DNA of 64,000 nt from Candidatus Latescibacterota bacterium (GCA_963707635.1 OY970173.1:1344001-1408000); one strand, 5' to 3'. Counted from the first letter of the stretch, positions 9,840 to 22,704 are shown. Translations and numbers: made by a program. Notes: generated from the sequence alone by a model not told the origin.

Positions 9840-9921
9840 CAACTTCAAACCGCAGACTGCCGAGCTGTCCCCGCCTTCGGGCCGAATCGGCCGCATTGCA
9901 CGTCCCTCGAGGAGCCCCCTC

Positions 9922-12900
9922 ATGAAACAACGGACCCGGCTGGCCGCCCTGGCGTGTGCTTGCATGCTTGCGCTTTCCACCGGCGTGGCTCGCGCCATCA
10001 CCCATCAATTCACTGAGAGCTTTACGACCACGACATACAAGGACGCGGTCAACACCACTGCGGACTGGAATACGGCCGTGGGGCAGCTGAAGCTGTTTCC
10101 GTTCGTGCCGTCTCTCACCGGCACCTACGACACGCCGGGGGGCAGTTTTGGTGTCGCCGTGGCCGGTGATCTCGCCTTCGTAGCGGACGACTTGTCCGGC
10201 CTCCTGATCTTCGACATCATCAACCCGGCGAGCCCGACGCTCGTCGGCACCTACAACACCCCGGGGGATGCCGTCGACGTCGCCGTGGCGGGCGACCTCG
10301 CCTTCGTGGCGGACTACGCAACCGGTCTCGTGATCATCAACATCACCAACCCGGCGAGTCCGACGCTCGTCGGTACCTACAACACTCCGGGAAGTGCCTA
10401 CGGTGTGGCCGTGGCGGGCGACCTCGCCTTCGTGGCGGATCAGGCATCCGGTCTGCAGATCATCAGCATCACCAACCCCGCGCTCCCGACGCTCACCGGC
10501 ACCTATGACACAGCGGGGACTGCCTACAGCGTGGCGGTGGCAGGCGACCTCGCCTTCGTGGCGGACTACACATCCGGTCTCCAGATCATCAACATCGCCA
10601 ATCCAGCGAGTCCGACACTCATCGGCACCTACAACACTCCGGGGCTTGCCTTCGGCGTGGCGGTGGCGGGCGACCTCGCCTTCGTTGCGGACAACACGTT
10701 CGGTCTCCAAATTATCAATATCGCCAATCCGGCGAGCCCGACGCTCACCGGCACGTACAACACCCCCGGGAATGCCTGGGACCTGGAGGTAACAGGCGAC
10801 CTCGCTTTCGTGGCGGACGGCTCATCCGGTCTCGAGATCATCAACATCACCAACCCGGCGAGCCCGACGCTCACCGACTCGTATGACACCCCGGGGACTG
10901 CCTACGGCGTCGTGGTGGCGGGCGACCTCGCCTTCGTGGGAGATGGCAATTCCGGTCTCCAGATCATCAGGGTTGGCCATCCTGTGTCGATTCCGACGCT
11001 GGCCGGCACCTACGACACGCCGGGGGTTGCGAATGACGTCGCGGTGGCGGGCGACCTCGCGTTTGTGGCGGACGGGTCCGCTCTCCAGATCGTCAACATC
11101 ACGACTCCGGCGAGCCCGACGCCCGTTGCCATCTTCGGCACTCCGGGGAGCGCCCAGGGCGTCGCGGTGGCGGGCGATTTGGCCTTTGTGGCGAGCTATG
11201 ATTTCGGCCTCCGGCTCATCAACATCGCCACTCCGGCGAGCCCGACGCTTGCGGGCTCTTATAACACCCCGGGGTTTGCCTACGGTGTTGCGGTGGCAGG
11301 CGACCTCGCCTTCGTGGCGGACGAGGCCTCTGGTCTCCAGATCATCAACATCACCAACCCCGCGCTCCCGACGCTCACCGGCACCTACAACACGCCGGGG
11401 GATGCCCTCGACGTCGTGGTGGCGGGCGATCTCGCCTTCGTGGCGGACGACGCTTCGGGTCTCCAGATCATCAATATCGTCAATCCGGCGAGTCCGACGG
11501 TTACCGGCACATACGACACGCCGGGGAGTGCCACGAGCGTTGCGGTGGCGGGCGACCTCGCCTTCGTGGCGGATTACACATCCGGTCTCCAGATCATCAG
11601 TATTGCCAATCCGGCGAGTCCGACACTGGTCGGCACCTACAACACCCCGGGGAGTGCCTACGGCGTCGCGTTGGCGGGCGACCTGGTCCTCGTGGCGGAC
11701 TTGGCGTCTGGTCTCCAGGTCATCAATATTTCGAACCCCGCGCTCCCGACGCTCACCGGCACCTACAACACGCCGGGGAATGCCTTCGACGTCGTGGTGG
11801 CGGGCGACCTCGCCTTCGTCGCGGACTACCTTTCCGGTCTCCAGGCGATCCAGGTGTTTCAGCACGAGGTGAATGCGAGCCCGAACATCGGCCGATCCCT
11901 CTCGGTTGGGGGCAACGATACGATCCGCCGCGCGCGGCTCTCGACCACGCAGACCGCGGGTGTGAGCTGGGAGGTCAGCGCCAACGCGGGAACGAACTGG
12001 CAGACGATCATCCCCGACAACGCCTGGAACGCGATGACGATTGCGGGCAGCAATCTCCTGTGGCGTTCGACGCACGCGTGGGCCGGTGGCAATCCTGCCG
12101 TGTCGGATCTGCACCTCGAATGGCTGTACGACTACGCAGCGATCGATGCCATCACCGACATCCCCAACGATCAGGGTCGCCAGGTGCGCGTCGAGTGGAC
12201 GCGAAGCGGTCACGATTTCGTCGGGGACGCCACGCAGATCGTCGAGTACGCGGTGTATCGAAAAATCGACCCCGACCTGGGTGCCGTGACGCCGGTGGCA
12301 GCGTCGACGTTCGAGCATCTCAGTCCCGCGGCGAGAGACAACGCGCTCATGATGCTGGCGGCCGGTTGGGACTTCGTTACCACGGTGCCGGTGTTAACAG
12401 AGGACAGCTATGCGGTGGTGGTTCCCACTCTCAAAGACAGCACGATTGTGGCGGGCCCGTACCCGACGACGTTTCGTATTACGGCTCTGACCGCGGCGCC
12501 GGGTGTGTTCTTTCACTCACCGACCGACAGCGGCTACTCGCTGGACAATCTCGCTCCCTCGGTGCCGGCGAACTTCGCGATCGCGTTCAACCCCGGCGGG
12601 GGCAGCGCGCTGGCGTGGGACGAGTCTCCCAACGCGGACTTCCGGTACTTCCGCGTGTATCGTTCCAGCAATCCCAACTTCACGCCGTCGGCAGGAACGC
12701 TGGTGCATTCGACTACCACGAACGGCTGGGTGGACCCGGACAATAACCCCGGGGTGGCCTATTACAAGGTGACGGCCACGGACTTCTCGGGTAACGAAAG
12801 CGGTCCGGCGAACGCTGGCACGATCACTGCAATTGACGGACCGGGCGTGCCGCGGACGTTTGCGCTCTATCCCAATGTTCCCAACCCGTTCAACCCGACC

Positions 12901-13134
12901 ACGCAAATTCGTTACGACGTCCCGGAGAGCGGCGGTGACGTGTCGCTTCGGATCTACGACGTGAGCGGACGCGTGGTGAAAACGCTGGTTTCCGGCGCAC
13001 AGACAGCCGGTTCAAGGTCGCTCGTGTGGGACGGCCGCGACGACGCAGGAGTGCCGGCGGCTTCGGGCGTGTACTTCTACCGGCTCACGGCGCCGGGCTA
13101 CACGAAGACGCACAAGATGGTGTTGATGAAGTAA
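9922..13134 (+). CDS. Secreted LVIVD-repeat (double beta-propeller) protein with FN3-like and C-terminal FlgD Ig-like domain
   Basis: GAGGAG RBS, ATG at 9922, signal peptide. 14 repeats of about 41 aa (TYxTPGxAxxVAVAGDLAFVAD). C-terminus PNPFNPTT...WDGRD...GVYFYRL...HKMVLMK. Confidence 0.9.
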   Translation: MKQRTRLAALACACMLALSTGVARAITHQFTESFTTTTYKDAVNTTADWNTAVGQLKLFPFVPSLTGTYDTPGGSFGVAVAGDLAFVADDLSGLLIFDIINPASPTLVGTYNTPGDAVDVAVAGDLAFVADYATGLVIINITNPASPTLVGTYNTPGSAYGVAVAGDLAFVADQASGLQIISITNPALPTLTGTYDTAGTAYSVAVAGDLAFVADYTSGLQIINIANPASPTLIGTYNTPGLAFGVAVAGDLAFVADNTFGLQIINIANPASPTLTGTYNTPGNAWDLEVTGDLAFVADGSSGLEIINITNPASPTLTDSYDTPGTAYGVVVAGDLAFVGDGNSGLQIIRVGHPVSIPTLAGTYDTPGVANDVAVAGDLAFVADGSALQIVNITTPASPTPVAIFGTPGSAQGVAVAGDLAFVASYDFGLRLINIATPASPTLAGSYNTPGFAYGVAVAGDLAFVADEASGLQIINITNPALPTLTGTYNTPGDALDVVVAGDLAFVADDASGLQIINIVNPASPTVTGTYDTPGSATSVAVAGDLAFVADYTSGLQIISIANPASPTLVGTYNTPGSAYGVALAGDLVLVADLASGLQVINISNPALPTLTGTYNTPGNAFDVVVAGDLAFVADYLSGLQAIQVFQHEVNASPNIGRSLSVGGNDTIRRARLSTTQTAGVSWEVSANAGTNWQTIIPDNAWNAMTIAGSNLLWRSTHAWAGGNPAVSDLHLEWLYDYAAIDAITDIPNDQGRQVRVEWTRSGHDFVGDATQIVEYAVYRKIDPDLGAVTPVAASTFEHLSPAARDNALMMLAAGWDFVTTVPVLTEDSYAVVVPTLKDSTIVAGPYPTTFRITALTAAPGVFFHSPTDSGYSLDNLAPSVPANFAIAFNPGGGSALAWDESPNADFRYFRVYRSSNPNFTPSAGTLVHSTTTNGWVDPDNNPGVAYYKVTATDFSGNESGPANAGTITAIDGPGVPRTFALYPNVPNPFNPTTQIRYDVPESGGDVSLRIYDVSGRVVKTLVSGAQTAGSRSLVWDGRDDAGVPAASGVYFYRLTAPGYTKTHKMVLMK
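10108..11856 (+). repeat. 14 intragenic tandem repeats of about 123 bp (LVIVD repeats)
   Basis: Recurrent GGCGACCTCGCCTTCGTGGCGGA and CCGGCGAGCCCGACGCTC units at about 123-bp spacing. Confidence 0.9.
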
Positions 13135-13162
13135 GGCGATTTCTTTTCCCGAATTCCGGCGG

Positions 13163-13191
13163 TTGCCCCTCGTCCGGCTTTTTGCTACCTT
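13163..13191 (+). promoter_or_regulatory. Putative uvrA promoter TTGCCC-N17-TACCTT with TG extension
   Basis: Hexamers with 17-bp spacer upstream of ATG 13216. Confidence 0.4.
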
Positions 13192-13215
13192 GGTGTTTTG
13201 CCGTTCGCGCAGCCA

Positions 13216-16071
<2,856 letters not shown>

Positions 16072-17152
16072 CGCCCACGTCGCGGCCGGCGCCAAGCTGG
16101 TGCCGTTCGCCGGCTTCGAGATGCCGGTGAGCTACGCCGGCGTGATCGAGGAGCACACCACCGTGCGCGAGCGCGTGGGGCTCTTCGACGTGAGCCACAT
16201 GGGCGAGTTCGTGGTGAGCGGCCCGGACACGTGGAGCTACCTCGACCGTGTCGTCACCAACGACTGTTCGAAGCTCGCCGAGGACGGGGTGCTCTACACG
16301 GTGATGTGCCGCGAGAACGGCACCGTCGTGGACGACCTGCTGGTAACCCGGATGGCCGCGGACCGCGCGCTGATCGTGGTCAACGCGTCCAACATCGAGA
16401 AAGACTTCGCGCACATGAAGCGGCTGGTCGCCGGCCGCGTCGAACTGGAGAACGCCAGCGACGAGTGGGCGCTGATCGCCGTCCAGGGGCCGCGCGCGCA
16501 CGAGCTGGTGAAGACGACGCCGATGCTCGCTGCGGTGCGCGACGAAGTCGACGCGGTCGGGTATTACCGCTGGCGCGCGTTCATGTCCGACGGCGATCGC
16601 TTCATCCTCTCGCGCACCGGATACACCGGCGAGCGCGGTTTCGAGATCTTCGCGCCGCCCGCGCGCGCGCGCGAGTTGTGGGATCAGCTGATGGTGACCG
16701 GCGCCACCATGGGCGTCGCCCCGGCCGGGCTGGGGGCCCGTGACACGCTTCGCTTCGAAGCGTCGTTGTGTCTCTACGGGCACGAGCTGGACGACGAGAC
16801 GACGCCGCTCGAGGCGGGCCTGCACTGGCTGGTCAAGCTCGGCAAGCCGGCGTTCGTGGGTCGCGACGCGCTCCTCGGCGAGAAAGGGCGCGGCTCCCGC
16901 AAGCAGCTGCTCGGTTTCGAGCTGGAAGGTCGCACCATCGCGCGCCAGGGCTACGCCGTCATGCGCGGCGAGTCGATGGTGGGCAAGGTAACGAGCGGGA
17001 CGTGGTCGCCGACCTTGAAGAAGAGCCTGTGCATGGCGTACGTCGACGCGGACAGCGTCGACGCGGAGCTCGCCGTCCAGGTGCGCACGAACGCCGTCGC
17101 CGCGAAACGAGTGCCGATTCCGTTTTATCCGAGCAGAGCTCGAGCATGAGAC

Positions 17153-17250
17153 GGGCGGGATCGATGTCGCTTCGACGCGATTTCCCGAGGCGCGCTTTCA
17201 ACTGTCGCGCGCGAAGGGCATGAGCGGAGAAGCGAGCATCGATACCGCCC
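17153..17250 (+). ncRNA. Structured intergenic element, copy 1 (function unknown)
   Basis: 59-nt core at 17172-17230 matches 20527-20585 at 55 of 59 positions. Closed by the stem GGGCGG.ATCGATG.TCGCTT / AAGCGA.CATCGAT.CCGCCC. Confidence 0.6.
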
Positions 17251-17280
17251 TCGACTAGCGGAAACGATAAGGAAGCATAC

Positions 17281-17664
17281 ATGGATTTCAAGAACGTACG
17301 GTTCACCAAGGATCACGAATGGGTTCGCTTCGCCGACGGCGGCGACGAGGTCACCATCGGCATCACCGACTTCGCCGCCAGCGAGCTCGGCGACATCGTG
17401 TACGTGGAGCTGCCGAAAGTCGGCGGGGAAGTCCGCGCGGCCGCGTCGATGGGCACCATCGAGGCAGTGAAAACCGTCGCTGATCTGTTCGCGCCGGTAA
17501 GCGGCGTCGTCTCCGCCGTCAACGGTGCTCTCGAGCAGGGTCCCGACCTCGTCAACAAGGACCCCTACGGCGACGGCTGGTTCGTGCGCCTGAAAATGTC
17601 CAGCCGCAAGGAACTCGACGGGCTGATGGACCACGCGGCGTACCAGAAGATGATCGGAAAGTAG
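17281..17664 (+). CDS. gcvH: Glycine cleavage system H protein
   Basis: KDHEW, GITDFA, LGDIVYVELP, lipoyl-Lys in IEAVKTV, NKDPYGDGW. Confidence 0.97.
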   Translation: MDFKNVRFTKDHEWVRFADGGDEVTIGITDFAASELGDIVYVELPKVGGEVRAAASMGTIEAVKTVADLFAPVSGVVSAVNGALEQGPDLVNKDPYGDGWFVRLKMSSRKELDGLMDHAAYQKMIGK

Positions 17665-19026
17665 ATGCCGTACACCTACCACACCGACGACGAACGGGAC
17701 GCGATGCTGCGGACCCTCGGGGTCAAGTCCGAGGACGAGCTGATCGACGTCATTCCCGAGAAGTACCACCTGCGCTCGCTCCTGCCCATCGAGAAGGGGC
17801 GCACCGAGCCCGAGACGCTGCGCGTGATGAGCCTGCTCTCGCGCGCCAACCGGCCGGCCGGCCACCTCGTGAGTTTTCTGGGCGGCGGCATCTACGACCA
17901 CACCGTGCCCTCGGTCGTGAAGAACCTGACCAGCCGGCCCGAATTCGCCACCGCGTACACGCCCTACCAGCCCGAGGCGAGCCAGGGGACGCTGCAGGTG
18001 ATCTTCGAGTTTCAGACCCACATCTCGCGGCTCACGCGGCTGCCGGTGGCGAACGCATCCATGTACGACGGCGCCACCGCGCTCGCGGAAGCGTGCCTGA
18101 TGGCGGCCAAGATCACGGGGCGCGACGTGGTGCTGGTACCGCGCGCGCTCAACCCGCGCTACCTGCGGGTGGTGAAGTCGTACGTGTCGGGCCAGCGGGT
18201 CGAGATTCGCACGATCCCGTCCACCGCGGCGGGCGACATCGACGCCACCACGCTCAAGCGCGAGCTGGGCGAGAAGGTGGCCGCGCTGGTGGTCCAGACT
18301 CCGAACTACTTCGGCGTGCTGGAGCGCGGGTGGGAGTTGGAGCGGGACGTCCACGCGGCGGGCGCGCTGGTGGTCGCCAGCGTCGACCCGGTGTCGCTCT
18401 CGCTCCTGCGGCCGCCCGGCGAATGGGGCGCGGACATCGCGGTGGGCGAGTGCCAGCCGCTGGGCAACGAAATGAGCTTCGGCGGCCCGCTGGTCGGCTT
18501 CATGGCGTGCAGGCAGGAGTTCATCCGCCAGATGCCGGGGCGGATCGTAAGCGCCACGCGCGACGTCGACGGGCGCGACGCCTTCGTGCTCGTGCTGCAG
18601 ACCCGCGAGCAGCACATCCGGCGGGAGAAGGCGACGTCCAACATCTGCACCAACCAGGGACTGCTCGCGACGCGCACGTGCATCTATTTGAGCCTCCTTG
18701 GCGAGCACGGGTTCGCCGAGCTGGGCCGCGTGTGCCACGCGCGCGCGCGCAAACTCGCCGACATGATGGCCGCCTGTGACGGTTACGCGCTCGCGTATCC
18801 CGGGCCGTTCTTCCGCGAATTTGTGGTGGCGTGTCCGACCGACGCCGAAACGGTCGTCGCGGCGGCGCGCAAGGAAAACGTCCTCGCCGGCATTCCGCTT
18901 TCGCGTTACTTCGGCCCGCCGGCGCGCCAGCACCTGCTCGTCGCCGTTACCGAGAAGCATCAGGACGAGGACTTCGACAAGCTGTGCGCGGTCTTGAAGC
19001 GGGCCGCGTTGGTGAAGGTGGGCTGA
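17665..19026 (+). CDS. gcvPA: Glycine dehydrogenase subunit 1
   Basis: TAYTPYQPEASQG, NASMYDGA and TREQHIRREKATSNICTNQ motifs. Confidence 0.96.
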   Translation: MPYTYHTDDERDAMLRTLGVKSEDELIDVIPEKYHLRSLLPIEKGRTEPETLRVMSLLSRANRPAGHLVSFLGGGIYDHTVPSVVKNLTSRPEFATAYTPYQPEASQGTLQVIFEFQTHISRLTRLPVANASMYDGATALAEACLMAAKITGRDVVLVPRALNPRYLRVVKSYVSGQRVEIRTIPSTAAGDIDATTLKRELGEKVAALVVQTPNYFGVLERGWELERDVHAAGALVVASVDPVSLSLLRPPGEWGADIAVGECQPLGNEMSFGGPLVGFMACRQEFIRQMPGRIVSATRDVDGRDAFVLVLQTREQHIRREKATSNICTNQGLLATRTCIYLSLLGEHGFAELGRVCHARARKLADMMAACDGYALAYPGPFFREFVVACPTDAETVVAAARKENVLAGIPLSRYFGPPARQHLLVAVTEKHQDEDFDKLCAVLKRAALVKVG

Positions 19027-19028
19027 CC

Positions 19029-20486
19029 GTGCAAGCGACACCGCCCAGTTTCGGACAGACCATCTACGGCAAGAGCCGGCGTGGCCGCCACGGCTACCAC
19101 ATCTCGTCGCGGCCCACGGACGCGCCGCGCGACATTCCACGCGAGTACCTGCGCGACGGCGCGATCGGACTCCCCGAGGTGAGCGAACCCCAGGTGATGC
19201 GGCACTACGTCGAGCTCTCGACCAAGAACCACCACATCGACAAGGATCTCTTCCCGCTGGGCAGCTGTACGATGAAGTACAACCCGAAGGTGAACGACGA
19301 CGTCGCCGCCATGACCGGGTTCGCGGGCCTGCACCCGGAACAGGGCGACGCGGACGCCCAGGGCGCGCTCGAGGTGATGTACCGCCTCGAACGACTCCTC
19401 GCGGCGGTCTCCGGCATGGACGCGGTGAGCGTCCAGCCCGCCGCCGGCGCGCAGGGGGAGATGCTGGGCCTGCTCCTCGCGCGCGCGTACTTCGCGGACC
19501 GAGGCGCCTCGCGCCACAAAGTGCTGGTCCCGGATTCGGCGCACGGGACCAACCCGGCGACGGCGACCATCGTGGGATTCCAGGCCCAGACCATCCAGTC
19601 GGGCCGGGACGGCCGCATCGACCTCGACGTGCTGCGCCGCGCCCTCGACGACGACGTCGCCGTGCTGATGCTCACGGTGCCGAACACGCTCGGGCTGTTC
19701 GAGAAAAACATCGGCGACATCGTCGAGCTGGTCCACAAGCACGGCGGGCTCTGCTACATGGACGGCGCGAACATGAACGCGCTCATGGGGCAGGCGCGGC
19801 CGGGCGACTTCGGCTTCGACATGATGCACTACAACCTGCACAAGACGTTTTCGACCCCGCACGGCGGGGGCGGCCCCGGCTCCGGGCCGGTGGCGGTCAA
19901 GTCGTTCCTGGAGCCGTTTCTGCCCACGCCGCGCGTGGTGGAGAAGGACGGGGGCTTCAGCCTCGACTACCAGCGGCCCAAGTCGGTGGGCGCGCTGCAC
20001 TCGTTCTTCGGGAATTTCGGCATCTACCTGCGCGCGTACACCTACATCACCCGCCTCGGCTCCGACGGCATCCGCCGCGCCAGCTCGACCGCGATCTTGA
20101 ACGCCAACTACCTGGCCAAGCGGATTGCGTCGCGCTTTCCGATCCCGTACGGCGAACGCTGCATGCACGAGTTTGTCGCCACCGGCGAGCCCCTGAAGAA
20201 GTACGGCGTCAGGACGCTCGACGTCGCGAAGCGGCTGCTCGACTTCGGATTCTACGCGCCGACGGTGTATTTCCCGCTCACGGTGCCGGAGGCTCTCATG
20301 GTGGAGCCTACGGAAACCGAGAGCAAGGAGACGCTCGACCGCTTCGCGGAGGCGCTGCTCCAGATCGCGCGCGAAGCGGAGGAATCGCCGGAGGTGCTCA
20401 CTTCGGCGCCGACGAAAACGCCGGTGCGCCGCCTCGACGAGACGAGCGCGAATCGCCACCCGGTGGTGACGGTGCCGATGGAGTGA
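19029..20486 (+). CDS. gcvPB: Glycine dehydrogenase subunit 2
   Basis: GTG start at 19029. PLGSCTMKYNPK, SAHGTNPA, NLHKTFSTPHGGGGPG (PLP Lys), EPTETES. Confidence 0.96.
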   Translation: MQATPPSFGQTIYGKSRRGRHGYHISSRPTDAPRDIPREYLRDGAIGLPEVSEPQVMRHYVELSTKNHHIDKDLFPLGSCTMKYNPKVNDDVAAMTGFAGLHPEQGDADAQGALEVMYRLERLLAAVSGMDAVSVQPAAGAQGEMLGLLLARAYFADRGASRHKVLVPDSAHGTNPATATIVGFQAQTIQSGRDGRIDLDVLRRALDDDVAVLMLTVPNTLGLFEKNIGDIVELVHKHGGLCYMDGANMNALMGQARPGDFGFDMMHYNLHKTFSTPHGGGGPGSGPVAVKSFLEPFLPTPRVVEKDGGFSLDYQRPKSVGALHSFFGNFGIYLRAYTYITRLGSDGIRRASSTAILNANYLAKRIASRFPIPYGERCMHEFVATGEPLKKYGVRTLDVAKRLLDFGFYAPTVYFPLTVPEALMVEPTETESKETLDRFAEALLQIAREAEESPEVLTSAPTKTPVRRLDETSANRHPVVTVPME

Positions 20487-20509
20487 TGCTGCGGCGGGCA
20501 CAGAAGTAG

Positions 20510-20602
20510 GGAGGGGCCAACGGTCGTCGACGCGATTTCACGAGGCGCGCTTTCAACCATCGCGCGCGAAGTGCATGAGCGGAGAGGACCGTTGGCCCCT
20601 CC
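20510..20602 (+). ncRNA. Structured intergenic element, copy 2 (function unknown)
   Basis: Same 59-nt core (20527-20585) closed by a different, perfect 16-bp stem GGAGGGGCCAACGGTC/GACCGTTGGCCCCTCC. Confidence 0.6.
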
Positions 20603-20635
20603 AGAAAAATTGACCGGTCCAGGCGTGCGGTGACC

Positions 20636-21622
20636 ATGGTTCAATTCCTCGCCCGTCGCGCGTTCCATGCCCTCATCCTCGTCGCGATCACGCTGACGAT
20701 CACCTTCGTCGTCCTCCACCTCGCGCCCGGCGATCCGGTCGCGCGCTACGTCCAGCCCGACGTCGATCCGGCCGACCTCGCGCATATCCGTCACTCGCTC
20801 GGCCTCGACGACCCGATCCACGTGCAGTATTTCCACTGGGCGAAGAGTTTCCTCTCCGGCGACTTCGGGATGAGCTTCGCGCACCACCGGCCGGTCCGGG
20901 ATCTCCTCGCCGAGACCATTCCCCGCACGCTGCTCCTGACCACGCTGGCGCTCGGCGTCCAGATGCTGCTCGGGGTATGGATCGGCGGGATCGCCGCGCG
21001 CCATCGCCAGCGGGCTGCCGATCACGCGCTCTCGGGTGTGGTGGTCGCCCTGTACGCCTTGCCGCCGTTCTACCTCGCGTACCTGCTCATCACCTGGTTT
21101 GCCATCGACCGCGCGTGGCTCCCGACGGCGGGGATGGCGACACCGGGACTGGACGCGCACGGCTGGGCGTATCTCGCGGATCGCGCACGCCACCTGGTCC
21201 TCCCCGTCTGCGTGCTCGGGGTGGGCAGCGCGGCCGGGTTCGCGCGTTTCACGCGCGGGAGTCTGGTGGACGCGCTCGCGGACGACTACGCGCGCACCGC
21301 GCGCGCGAAAGGTGTCCCCGAGGGACGGGTGGTGTGGCGCCATGCGTTTCGCAACGCGCTGCCGCCGCTCTTCACCGTCGCGGGCTTGAGCGCGCCGTTC
21401 CTGCTCGGCGGTGCCGTGGTCATCGAGACCGTGTTCGCGTGGCCGGGGATGGGATCGCTGATGGTCGACTCGATCGGCTCGCGCGACTACCCGGTGGTGC
21501 TGGCCGTCAATTTCATCGCGGCGTGCCTGGTCATCGCCGGCAATTTTCTGGCGGACGCGGCGAGTGCGTGGGCGGATCCACGCGGCCGGCCCTCCGCCTC
21601 ATCCACACGGTGGGAGCGATGA
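20636..21622 (+). CDS. Peptide ABC transporter permease (OppB/DppB family)
   Basis: LAPGDP, GLDDP, GDFG, TARAKG, RHAFRNA and FAWPGMG motifs. Confidence 0.92.
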   Translation: MVQFLARRAFHALILVAITLTITFVVLHLAPGDPVARYVQPDVDPADLAHIRHSLGLDDPIHVQYFHWAKSFLSGDFGMSFAHHRPVRDLLAETIPRTLLLTTLALGVQMLLGVWIGGIAARHRQRAADHALSGVVVALYALPPFYLAYLLITWFAIDRAWLPTAGMATPGLDAHGWAYLADRARHLVLPVCVLGVGSAAGFARFTRGSLVDALADDYARTARAKGVPEGRVVWRHAFRNALPPLFTVAGLSAPFLLGGAVVIETVFAWPGMGSLMVDSIGSRDYPVVLAVNFIAACLVIAGNFLADAASAWADPRGRPSASSTRWER

Positions 21623-22704
21623 CGCCCGCCCCGAATGCGGCGCCGCCCGCGTGGCGCGCCTGGATCCCGTTCGCCACCGCGGACGGGCGCCGCGGCGCCG
21701 GCGCCGTGTTCGCGGGCGCCGCGGTGCTCTACGCCGCGGTCGCCGTCGCGCGTGCCGGCCACTGGTCCGACCTCTCGCGAGCCGACGCCACCACGGCGGT
21801 CGCGTTCGGCCTGCTCCTGATCGCCGGGTCCGCCGCCACCGTGCGCATCACGCGCTGGGACATGAGGCGGGTGCGGCGCCGTCTGGGCGCGAACCGCGCC
21901 GCCATCGCCGGCCTCGCGATTCTGATCGCGATGGCGAGCCTCGCGGTGCTGGCACCGCTGGTCAGCGGCGACCCGTCGCAGATGGGATCGCCGTCGCGCG
22001 ATCGTTACCAGGCGCCCGGTGGCGACCACGTGCTGGGGACGGATCGCTTCGGCCGCGACGTGTGGTCGCGCGTCGCGCACGGCGCGCGCGCGTCGCTGGC
22101 GCTCAGCGCGTTGTCGGTGACGCTCGCGGTGGCGTTCGGCACATGGGTCGGGGCGCTGGCCGGGATCGCACCGGCGCGGACGGACGACGTGATCATGCGC
22201 GGGGTGGACGGGATGCTTTCGTTTCCGCGCCTCCTGTTGCTCTTGACGGTGGTGGCGCTTGCGCCGCCCGGACTCATGACGCTCGGGCTCGCCGTCGCAG
22301 CGACGGGATGGATGGGGGTCTCGCGCATCGTGCGCGGAGAAGTACGCCGGATGCGCTCGCGCGAATTCGTCGACGCGGCCATCGCCACCGGCGTGGGACG
22401 CGCGCGCCTGGTCGCCCGGCATCTCCTGCCGAACGCGGTCGGGCACGTGATCGTGGCGGCGACGCTCAACGCCGGCACGGTGATCCTGCTCGAGTCCTCG
22501 CTATCGTTCCTGGGACTCGGGGTGCAGCCGCCGACGCCGAGCTGGGGATCGATGATCTTCGAGGGGCGGGAAGCGCTTGCGACGGCGTGGTGGGTGAGCG
22601 CATTCCCCGCCCTCGCCGTGACGGTGTCCGTTCTCGGGTTGAACCTGCTCGGCGACGGGCTGCGCGATTCTCTGGACGCGCGCGTGTCCGTTCCGGCGCG
22701 CTAG
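21619..22704 (+). CDS. Peptide ABC transporter permease (OppC/DppC family)
   Basis: ATGA overlap. LGTDRFGRD, HLLPN, ESSLSFLGLG, PSWG, NLLGDGLRD. Confidence 0.92.
   Translation: MTPAPNAAPPAWRAWIPFATADGRRGAGAVFAGAAVLYAAVAVARAGHWSDLSRADATTAVAFGLLLIAGSAATVRITRWDMRRVRRRLGANRAAIAGLAILIAMASLAVLAPLVSGDPSQMGSPSRDRYQAPGGDHVLGTDRFGRDVWSRVAHGARASLALSALSVTLAVAFGTWVGALAGIAPARTDDVIMRGVDGMLSFPRLLLLLTVVALAPPGLMTLGLAVAATGWMGVSRIVRGEVRRMRSREFVDAAIATGVGRARLVARHLLPNAVGHVIVAATLNAGTVILLESSLSFLGLGVQPPTPSWGSMIFEGREALATAWWVSAFPALAVTVSVLGLNLLGDGLRDSLDARVSVPAR

Noticed and set aside
10108..11856. CRISPR array or DGR template/variable repeat
   Set aside because: The repeats are in-frame coding units of about 123 bp with no unique spacers. 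No cas or reverse transcriptase gene is in the window.
17153..17250. Glycine riboswitch
   Set aside because: The gcv context suggests it, but the aptamer order (GGAGA...CCGAAG...CTCAGG) is absent, and neither copy is at the 5' end of the operon.
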